A DNA stretch of 32,000 nt from Wallemia ichthyophaga EXF-994 (taxonomy: Eukaryota > Fungi > Basidiomycota). Location: the NCBI RefSeq assembly GCF_000400465.1, contig NW_008806280.1, forward strand, positions 360,001 through 392,000. The letters are read 5' to 3'. Positions 21,999-32,000 of this stretch are shown piece after piece (position 1 is the stretch's first letter; each line of letters starts with the position of its first letter). The position numbers and the translations under genes are program-made. Under the pieces are notes generated by a model. That model was not told where the DNA came from. It searched no databases and worked only from the letters and a program-made list of their open reading frames with translations.

Positions 21999-23466
21999 AT
22001 GAGCGGCATTGCGGGTACGGACAATGGTAAAGCACCTCTTCCCAAGGAGCTTACAGATTTCATGCCTGATTTCCTCAAAAACTCAATGGAATCCAAGTGT
22101 GTGTGTTTACATATCGCTACAGCTACTGATACGCACACGCAGTCCATACTTCTCTGCTGGATTCGGTTTGATGGTGGGTGAATAGCCCCTCACTTGAAAT
22201 CCAACCCAACGCTACCCTCAGGGCGTAGGTGCAGCACTTGCTGGACTTAGGCGCGGTATTACATTTGGCGCAGGAGCTGCGCAGCGTCGACTACTCATAA
22301 GCCTCGAAATACCCTCTAAAGACCCCTCTTACCTCTGGTTCTTGGAGTGGCTCTCTGCCAATGGCAAGCGCGAAGCCACGACGCTGAAACCTGGACAACC
22401 CCAAATAAAACTCTACTCTCACCAACTCAGCGTAGAGACAGCTGAGAAGAAGCAGCAAGATTCTAACAACGTCACCTTCAGTCTTGTCCCTGGTCCCGGC
22501 ACGCATTGGTTTAGATATAAAGGCGCTTGGATGCAAGTTAAGCGTGAACGCGATGGAAAAATGATGGATCTAACTCAAGGTACACCATGGGAGACAGTTA
22601 CTTTAACCACACTGCGAAGAGATAGCGGTCTTTTCGCAGATCTCCTCCACGAGAGTCGCAAATTGGCGGAAATGGGAACTCAAGGCAAGACGGTTGTATA
22701 CACTTCCTGGATGGTTGATTGGAAACCGTTCGGGAAACCCAGAAGGAGGAGAGAATTGAGTAGTGTAGTGCTCGATCGAGATGTGAAGCAGCGCGTGGCA
22801 GATGATCTCGATAAGTTTCAGAATAGAGGTCAGTGGTATGCAGAAAGAGGTATCCCATATAGGAGAGGTTATCTCCTCCATGGTCCCCCTGGATCTGGCA
22901 AGTCGTCATTTATATACGCCTTGGCTGGTCACTTTAAATACAACATCTGTTTGCTCAATCTCTCTGAGAAGGGCTTGACGGATGATAGACTCAATCATCT
23001 CCTAGTCAACGCCCCAGAGAGATCCATCATCCTGCTCGAGGATATAGATGCAGCGTTCAACAAGCGTGTACAGACAGGCGCGGATGGATACCAATCTGCT
23101 GTTACATTTTCAGGTCTGCTGAATGCGCTGGATGGTGTGGCGAGCGGAGAAGAGCGTGTTATATTTATGACGACAAATCATTTCACCAAACTCGACAAAG
23201 CCTTAGTGAGACCAGGAAGAGTGGACATGATAGAGTTACTAGGTGATGCAAGCACAGACCAAGCGGGTGAATTGTTTGGTAGATTCTATCCAGATGCTAG
23301 TACAGAGGAGTTGCATGCGTTTATTGACAAGTTGCAAGAAGGGATGGATGCAGGATATAGCGTCAGTATGGCTAGTTTACAGGGGATGTTTATAAGGACT
23401 ACTGCGGCTGAAGCTATAAAGTATTTGCCAATGTTGTTTGAAGTGCGTCATGATGAATTTGATTGA
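21999..23466 (+). CDS. BCS1: Mitochondrial AAA chaperone BCS1
   Basis: NPYFSAGFGL, SLEIPSKDPSYLWFLEW, PGPGTHWFRY, Walker A GPPGSGKS, Walker B ILLEDID, MTTNH and RPGRVD. Introns at 22097-22142 and 22174-22221. Downstream in-frame ATGs at 22062 and 22086. Confidence 0.95.
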
Positions 23467-23498
23467 AACCGTTGAATCTGAACTTTGATGACGCCAGA

Positions 23499-24168
23499 AT
23501 GGAGATAAAGCAATTGTACAAAAATAATTGTATAGATGATGTGGGTAAGGTTGCGAATAGACATACACTCCAACAAAAACGCCCAGGAATGGCTAGAAAG
23601 CTGCATAGAGTATCTGCGCAACACTCTCAATATCAGCAATAACCAGGAGATACTTAAACAAACTCAGATACAGTTTATAAACTCAGATTTGTCAGATAGT
23701 ACGACAGGTGGTCTTCCGAGGGATATACAACAGCAGGAGCTGTTGTTCCCTTCACCAAGCAAAGGAATTCTGCTGCAAGTAATTTCAATTACAGATATTG
23801 GAATATCAGCGTACAACTTGAAACTCAATAGAGATCAGAAGTCAGCTCTGAAATTGAAGTTATCGGATGGCAGAATATCCGTAGACGCGTTTGAATACGC
23901 TGAAATACCTTGGCTATCACTGTCAACGCCAATTGGGAGCAAATTACTCTTGAAGAACGTCGAGCTGTTACAAGGAACTCTTCTCCTTACCCCTTTCAAC
24001 ACTCAACAAAAGAATGGCAAGATCGATGACTTTGATAAGTACAGAGATAAGATAATCAACGACATTTTAGATGCAAGGTTAGGCAGAGTGTCCGAGAGAA
24101 CGACTAACGTAGCTAGTGCGTCTACCACGGCAAACACAGCCGCAGATGTTATCGAAATCAGTGACTAA
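23499..24168 (+). CDS. RMI1: RecQ-mediated genome instability protein 1 (N-terminal helical domain plus OB fold)
   Basis: Intron at 23541-23586 gives CIDDEWLESCIEYL; then SDL, ILLQVISITDIGISAY, LKLKLSDG, FEYAEIP, TPIGSKLLLKNV and GTLLLTP. Confidence 0.85.
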
Positions 24169-24257
24169 ACCAGCGGTTAAACCGACCATCAAACCAAATC
24201 AGTGAATATTAAACATAGAATTATAATAGTACAGTGTAAAGTAAATCTCGGTATATA

Positions 24258-25514
24258 TTATATACCTGCTATCAAGTTAGTAGTCTTGCCAAACCTCCTC
24301 GAAGGTGTCGTAGCCCTTCTTGAAATATTTGCTCCTTTATTCACAGCAATGCTGTCACCAGCGCTGTTATTCCTAAGCCTGCTATTGCTTTTGCCATTAT
24401 CATTAATATTGCTATTGCTATCACTTCCACTGAGATCGACAACGACTCTTTTATTCTGATTTTTGGACTTGGCATAGCTAGTCTTAGACCGTGAAAGCCC
24501 AGAGTTTGACTTCTTGAGCTCCCATCCACCATTACGATCCTCTTCATCAGAATCCGTTGGCGTAATCATTATTTCTCCTTTTTGCGAGATCGGTGATCCC
24601 AAAACCTTTGTTGGTTGTTCTTGTGCGGCTGTCGATGTCTCTCCCTCCTTTCCCTCACTCTTCTTAGATGTGAGAGCGAATAGAAAGTGATCCTGATGCT
24701 TTATCAAGAATTCGAGCGTCTCCTGGGATTGCTTAAGTTCATCGGGTTGTTGAGCGTGTGAAGGATGTGATAAGATACCTGGCTGGAAGATTACTGCCAA
24801 ATTGAATGCGTTCATTTTGTTATGTCGAGATTTCCTGTCGAAAACGGCTAACAAGTCGAGCACGTAAAGCAACAAGCACTGGTTAGCACCAGGGAGCTGG
24901 ACTATAACGTTTTGGAATTTAGAAATAGCTTCACGGTGCTCAGGTTTAGATTTAAGGATAGATCTGAAGTTATCGTAGAATTCATGCGGTATTACTGGTT
25001 CTGGCATAAGTGTCAGATACCTCCTAAGAACGGAAGCCACATCGTGGCTATTGAATGCGTATTTTTTCCAGTCGAGATTTTTACCAAACTTTGTGTGTGC
25101 GTCAGTTTGTGACTCCAGAAATTAACCCCTAAACTCACTTTGGGCGGCGATTCAAAGATAGCTTGCAATTCCTTCATACGCTTAGAGCTGCCTGATATTC
25201 GGAATGTTCCCTCCGTCTCTGTCGCCGTCTCCTTGAGATGGAGACCGCATTTAGCCACAACAACGGGCACGAATCCGCAGACAAAGTGTTCATCGCTTTC
25301 GAGCGCCGTAGTAGATATTTGAACATGTGCATTCCTCAGGCTATCCCTTAAGGCTATCCCAAATATTGGCACCAAAGCTATGCGACTGCGATTAGAGATA
25401 CTCCGATGGATAGCAGCTACACTCACACTCATTCTTCCTCTTCGCAAAGCCCTTCCACCACGTGCGAAGACTCGCCTTCATCGCCTTGACGTCCTCGCCT
25501 TCACTCGTAGCCAT
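24258..25514 (-). CDS. RhoGAP, Sac7/Bag7-like
   Basis: LRTWWKGF, PIFGIALRDSL, VPVVVAKCGLHLKETATETEGTFRISGSSKRMKELQAIF with the arginine finger, HDVASVLRRYL and NKMNAFNLAVIFQPG; two introns. Confidence 0.9.
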
Positions 25515-25624
25515 TTTCTCCTGTTTGCGCTCTTGTGGTTTAGTTAAAGCCAAGTCTAGATTTGTCGATGTGACTGAAAAAGAGGATGCATATGGAAATC
25601 GTAAATTAATATTATATTTCATTT

Positions 25625-28600
25625 TCACTCAAGTGAATTCCGCTTTATTATTTTTTGCACGTCTTTATGCTTTTTCAGCCACTCAGGGAATGATATCCAA
25701 TTGAGGTGTTTATCGTGCTCTCTAGCTTCGAGGAGGTAGTTGGAGTACGACACTAGCGCTCCGTATCTGTGCAAGTAATTACATGCCACAGTCGATAACT
25801 ATATCCTTTTGTCAGAAAACCCTTTCGTTTCACTCGGACCCACCCTTTCAAACTTCGGCGTTCCCTCCTCCTGTGCTTCGGCTTGTAACTTGTATGAATA
25901 CACCGCTTTGCGCAGGTTCTGAACGCCTTCCATTAAATCTATAGCCTTATCGGCTAACATTTTTGCGCGTTTGCCGTGCTTCAATACTCCGACCAACTCG
26001 AGAATAACCCTGTATTCACCTACGTACGTCATTAAATGTGCTCCTAGAACGCATAACGCACGACAACTCACCGTTCAGATGTGGGTGCGTCGAATCGTCA
26101 TCTTCGCTCTCGAGGTCGGTGCCGTCATGTTCATCTTTGCCACCCTGCACTTCCTCCACCGCTTTAATCGGATCTCCCGGTTTGTGGTATATAGCTGTCA
26201 CCAAACAGCTCACGATCATACCAGTTGTCGTCCTGCCCCTACCCATTTGACAATTGAACGCCATACTGTGACCATTCTCGACCGCTTTAACACATCTTGT
26301 CTGCAACTCTGCCAGAGCATTAGGAAGTGGTGCTTGCTCGTCTGTGATAGCAACTCTCGAGTAATCTACCTTATACCCCTCCAGTTGTACAGCTTCGAAC
26401 ATCTCCCTTGGTGTCAAGATATCGCTCTCTTCAGCATTCTGCCAAATTGGTATGATCTTGTAATTCCCAGGCGAGATCTCTTGTTCATCATGTAATAACA
26501 CTCTGCCTGTATCCTTCGCCGCCATGATGACATCCTTTTTGAGCGTACTCTCCATAGCTTCTACTACTTCTGTGCTCACACCCGTGCTCTCGACATTTGT
26601 CAGTGGCTTATTGGCAAGTCTTAGGACGTGTGGATGTCCAACTATGTAAATTACTGGCTCTTCACGTAAGCACGTCCACGTAACCTTATTGTTACCCTCC
26701 TTCGCTGTATTCATCGCTTCGAGAGCTTTGCGTAGACCTGTTCCAGACGGCATTCCCACCCCCACTATTATGCTATCCGTCTCCGTTATTTCCACCTGAT
26801 CAAGATTTGCACTCTTGTAATACTCTACGTTCTGAGCAAGAGATAGAGGCACACGGCGGAAGTTGGCCGCGCCTTCTACGCGTTCCGGTAGACTCATTTT
26901 CTGTAATTGACTGAAGAAGTCTGACTTGAGCAATGTCTGTGCCGAAAGAATTCTGCCATTTCTATTCCTAACCACTCGCTCTACTTCGTCAGAAAGAGCA
27001 TTACCTTCTGGTGGATTGTCGTCACGTTTAAGCGCTTGGAGCGACTCCAGTCCACCAACTTTAATCTCATTTTCAAAAGTCCTCAACACAGGTCTAAACT
27101 CAACATAATCTTTCAAAGATGGTAGATTCTCAAGCGTGTCAGGCTTTGCTTCTTGGAGATAGGATTGGAATACTATGAGCCAGTAGTATCTACGCAGAGC
27201 GATGAGTCCCTTCTGAATGAATTGCCTCTTGGTGGCTTCATCCTTGGCTTCGACCGCCTTCACTCGCGCATCTTCCACAGCTTCGCGACAATTGTAGGTA
27301 TCTCCTGCTTCGTCAATTGCATCGTCGACGATATTCTTCAATTCCAAGCCTCGTCTTACTACTCTCAGTAGATTGTTTATAGGCTGGTAAGACTTGCGCG
27401 TCGCGCTCTTCTTGGCTACGTTGACAGTGGGCTGTCTCTTCAACCCAATGTGTGGATCGAGAGGCGAGCGCTTCTTCAGCCATTTCTGTATAAGAATGAT
27501 GAGGACTGCTGCAAGCGTACTGCGGCCTCTTCCAAGTTGGCAGTTCACCACAATCGGAGACTGGCTGTCCGTCTGTATGACTACATTCATGAGATCGTGC
27601 AAATCAATGAAATCAGGTACGGCTTCCGAAGTAATTGGTATGCGTTTGAACTCTATCTCTTCTGCTCGCCTTGTCATGATATCCCTCAACGAGGCTATAT
27701 CATCCTTATTGACATCCTCCCATATTGGAACTACCTTCCCATCATTCGTCTCCGTATGGAGTAGTAGCTTGCCATCAAGCTTCGTAACTTCCGCCGCGAC
27801 ATCATTCTTCAGTCGATCTTCAAGCACTTCGAGACGTGATGCAGATATACCTCCAAAGTCCTTCAAATTGCGGAACGAATAACCCTCTTTACGGAGACAA
27901 TAAGGTTCTTGATTGACGTATGATAGAGGCTCCTCGCGGAGATTTATCCACGTAATGCGTTTCATCTTAGGATGCATTTCTTGAATCATCTCCACCAAGT
28001 GGTCAATCGCACTGATGTCAGGCTGACCGAGTGCATAAATGTTAGTGTCAGAGACACGTCTGAAGTTAACTGCTCCAGGCAAGGCCACATGACCCTCAGT
28101 CTGCCTCCAAATGTCATTCTTGAGCAGCGTGCTACTTCTCAGTAATATACCGTTGCGGCGGTGAACAACCAGCTCTGCATACTCATCAGCTAGAACTGTA
28201 CCACCAGCTATCGTAGGATCTGTGCCATTCTTCGCGAGAGCCGTACTAGAAACTGTGCGTTTGGAGAGATCTGATAGGTCAGCAACTGGTGCAAAGTTGA
28301 ATAATTTGCCTCCTTTATGACGAAGAAATTGTATCATGTTGCCTATTTCCTTCCTTTGCTGCAGCCATTCGATGAAGGTTTTGTTGAGATCTTGACATTC
28401 GTCGAGATAACCAGCGAAACAGACAGCGAAAGCGTATCTCTCGAGAGCTTTCAGAGCTTCTAATAAGTACGATTGACGCGTGTCTTCGTCTACCCTTGTA
28501 AGCGACGACCTCAGTCTATTCTCAAGGACTGATTCACGAAGGTTGACGACGTGATCAGTCATGTCAACGACGTGGTCTACGATCCCTTTACAGGAATTAC

Positions 28601-29894
28601 CGCGTTCAAGACACGCCATAATGTTCAGAACGACATGGTAGTCTCCCAGACTTGCAGAGCGCAAATCTTCGAGGAGATTGGGGTGCTCGATCAACAGCTC
28701 GATCGCCGATCTTTGATCTTCAGAGAGCAAAGTTTGTTCGACCAAATGCGTTAAGCGGAGGAGTGACATTGTGTTGTGATGCTGTGCACTTGCTTGTTGA
28801 AGGACAGACGATGCTCTGCGTTCGGAAGGCTGTGGTGATAGGTTAGATGACATGTAGCGGGCAAGCTTAAATCTGCTCACGTTGAGCTCTTGCGACAGGT
28901 CTAAGTCCTGGAACGGATCTTTTTCACCAAGTAGCAGCAACTGCTTACGTCTGACGAGTAGAGCAGCAGTCATAGCATATGTCGTACGGACAACACCCAT
29001 TCCACATGAGAAGATAATGTTAGTTTCACGTGGATCGCTATCCTTCATAACATTAACGTAAGCGTCGAGGTAATTATCCTCTATAGGAGTCTCAGGTGAG
29101 ATTGGAATACGATGGTAATCAAGGTTAAAGCCCTCGCGTTTGATACTATGCCAGAGTTCTCTTGAAGTGAGCACATTCGAAGCATCTACCGCGAGCCAAG
29201 TAGGTACGATCTCGCCTTCTGTATCTTCCTCATGCGTCATAATGAGACCGCCATACTTGCGGGACTCATTGAGAACATCAGCCTTGAGACGCTCTTCAAT
29301 ACCTTCGAGGGATTCAGCTCTATAACTGAGCTGTATGCCGCGCTTAGGGTTGGTAGCATGCCGAAGAACGTAAGAACGGCCTGAGATATAAACGATCGGT
29401 TCATCGCGTGTAGAGACAAAGACAGATTTGGCTTTGGAAGAGTGGGCAGCAGATTTGAATGCCGTGTTTGGTATGTTGAGCGTGGCATCTGGTGATACCA
29501 TAGGGGAGGGAGTGGGAGCAGCGCCGAGAAGGGTGAGGAGAGTGCGCAGGCCAGCGATAGTGGGTTGAGCCGTGCCATAAACACCAATAGATTCAGCGCC
29601 TTTAGGCCTTCTGAAGTTGGGAGCACCTTGAATAGAAATGTCGAGCGCTTTGGCTCTGGCTGCGAGATAATGATCTGATTTGAGGACAGTGGATCTAGAG
29701 AGTACCTGTTTACAGTATGAGTGGCGTATACGGCTGCATCTCGCAGGCAACGTACTTGACCTGATAAGGAGTGAGCGAGATGGAGATGGTAACGACATTG
29801 ACGCACCTTTTCGATTCTTGACAATATTAGCGCTGCCTAATTTGTCGAATAACGAGCCATTCAAGCTGTTTGGCTGTATCCGATTTGAGTCCAT
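25625..29894 (-). CDS. Paladin-like protein with three PTP-like/inositol-phosphatase domains
   Basis: Three repeats of xLKxD..GAxNFRR, WxxLREEP and RIPI/RVAI, with CX5R loops CGMGVVR, CQLGRGR and CQMGRGR. Two introns near the 3' end extend the protein to FPEWLKKHKDVQKIIKRNSLE*. Confidence 0.88.
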
Positions 29895-30322
29895 GAATGT
29901 TTATGACAAAGAGAGAAGACGCAGGGAATTGTAGGATTATCGGATATAAATTGGATCTACGGAGTCGGCAGCGTCCTGAGCTCAGATCTCGGGGATATAG
30001 CCACTTATCACCGCAAGGATTGTTACAAGCACGTTGTGGACATTACACGGACGTTGTGGAGGTGCTTCAGATATGCGGAGACTTTTAATATCTTTAGAGG
30101 CTTAAAGTTATATAAAATGTTGTCACCGCGGTTGTTATCAGATTGATAATCTTGGTGAATAAAATTCAAGTTTGAGCAAGGAGGCATTAAATTCGATTAG
30201 GCAATCAGTCTTCTCCAGATATCCTCCGCAGCATACACGCATCACTCACCGTCAAATTGTCATGTGTTGAAGCTATATTTCTAGTTCAGCTGGTCATCCC
30301 CGCTCCATCATCACAAATTTAG

Positions 30323-31555
30323 ATGTCCAGTGAGTCGTGGGCTTTTATGTGCCTAAATCACTAACACGCATCCTCAGATGCCGCTTCTTCAATCAGCCCC
30401 GCCTTGGAGTTTTTAAGCGGCTTCTCCTACACCAGCAACTCCCCTCCATCGCGGGTCAACGAAGGCGACAACGTTGACGATTTCGTCATTGGCTCTGTTT
30501 TATCTTCAGGCTCATCAGCTCTGGTCAGAAATGCCAAACATTTGCCTTCTGCGACCGCTGTCGCCGTCCGTATCGTCTACCAATCCAACAACTCTCAAAT
30601 TCGCTCTGAAATTGACCGCTGGCTCAGTCTCAATCATAATAACATTCTTCCCTTACTTCACTTCTCAGAACTTTCAGATTTTCTTCTCACTTTTTCCCCT
30701 ATTTGCAGCACCACTTTACTCAGTTATATCAACAAATACCACAGCACCGGTATGTCGCTACGCAAGACCCACAATATCTTCAATCAACTTGCTTTAGGTG
30801 TGAGATATCTCCACCAGCAATGCTCTTTAGTCCATCGTGATCTTAAGCTGGAAAACATACTTCTCGACAGCGCGGGTAATTGGGTTATCAGTGATTTTGG
30901 TCTTTCTCAATCTCTCGAAGAGACAGAGTCGTTAGGTGATATGGGTAGCTTGCCATATGCTTCACCCGAGCTTATTAAACCCCCACCTGAACAACTAACC
31001 ACGGTTGAGTGGTTCGATTTACTCAAAAAAGCTGATGTTTGGGCTTTGGGCTGCATTTTGTACGCTCTTCTCTCGGGCAAATTACCATTCGCCGATGCTT
31101 TCGTCCCGCGTCTACAGATGAAAATCCTCGGTGGTAACTATAAGCGCCTAAACTCAATTTCACGATCGAGGGAGCGAAGCAACACACGCTCTCGCAGTCG
31201 CTCAAGGGTAAGGGGGACAGACGAAGCTGCCGAATTAGCTGCTATGGGCGTACTAGAAATGTGCTTGACTCCAGTTGCTGATTTACGCCCGTTCATTCAA
31301 GACGTCCTTGACACTGAGTGGGTGGCTAGCGGATATGCCACACGCGCTCTTGATCCACCGGCACGCAGAATGCGGTCCAGATCCTCTTCGCGCAACAGAT
31401 CGAGTAGATCAAGATCACGCTCACGGGCTAGAAACCCTATGGTTGCAACTCCTATGAGCAACCTCAGTCCAGTAAACGAGCAAGTCAATGGTGACGGTGC
31501 AGACGAAGAGCGCGAAAGAGGCAGACCTACCATCAAAAGGGCTTTAGCAAAGTAA
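30323..31555 (+). CDS. Ser/Thr protein kinase (CAMK-like), possibly a pseudokinase
   Basis: ATG TCC A, intron 30330-30377. HRDLKLEN, DFG, GSLPYASPE, DVWALGCILY and LPF are present, but VAVK is replaced by VAVR. Confidence 0.88.
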
Positions 31556-31626
31556 TACTACTTATTTTGATAAAAGGACAGTCGTTACGTTTTGATAATG
31601 TTGTAAAAAATGATATGTACTATAAA

Positions 31627-32000
31627 CTATCCGTCTATTTGCTGAGGTTGGGGTGTGCGGTATTCGTATTCGTCAGTCAAAGCATTTCTATGTCGCTCTA
31701 CGCTGCAAAATGCTTGACCGAGTATAAGCAGGGCTTTGGCCCGTCTATGTAGCGTGACTGTGTCGGCATCATCAAGTAACTTATCACAGACCTATTCTTC
31801 GTCAGACACATTTGCGCGCAAAAAAAAAAAAAACCTCTTACCTCGCGCACTACGGACTGAATTTCCAGTGAAGTGCCTTTAAAGAGTGCTTTGAGACCCT
31901 GTACATTGTTAGTCAAGTGAAATATACAAAAGAAGTACTTTGACCTTGTCTGCTGCATCATCCTCCAACACTCTACGCTCATCTATACCAACGCCATCTT
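31627..32000 (-). CDS. C-terminal end of a DnaJ-X domain protein (Djp1/Caj1-like), partial
   Basis: After two introns (one at 31792-31841): ALFKGTSLEIQSVVREVCDKLLDD...RRAKALLILGQAF, matching the DnaJ-X C-terminal motif. Confidence 0.75.

Noticed and set aside
1-32000. Transposon, LTR, viral or CRISPR elements
   Set aside because: No transposase, RT or integrase motifs, terminal repeats or spaced repeats were found on either strand.

Overview
Very gene-dense fungal genomic DNA. Most introns are about 40-55 nt with GTGAGT/GTGGGT/GTGCGT donors, and intergenic gaps are tiny; this fits a compact basidiomycete such as Wallemia (inference). I can support 18 protein-coding genes after manual splicing (two cut by the window edges) plus an intron-containing tRNA-His(GUG). 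In order: secreted protein, NmrA-like SDR, questin-oxidase-like protein, HUA1-like, MVP1, NOP12, SSB-type Hsp70, Trk K+ transporter, Nab2-like, small secreted protein, tRNA-His, AIM11/TMEM242-like, DES1, BMT2, BCS1, RMI1, Sac7-like RhoGAP, paladin-like triple PTP, Ser/Thr kinase, DnaJ-X protein. No transposon or CRISPR array was seen. Main leads: (1) a four-gene block DES1<-BMT2<->BCS1->RMI1 with only 39, 26 and 32 nt between ORFs; (2) the SSB gene has an intron-split start codon and a long, strongly base-paired intron hiding a cryptic acceptor; (3) an SDR plus questin-oxidase pair with no PKS in the window; (4) a Nab2-like protein without zinc fingers; (5) a kinase with the catalytic Lys replaced by Arg; (6) an RMI1 with a very short insertion loop. 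All family assignments come from motif recognition, not database searches.
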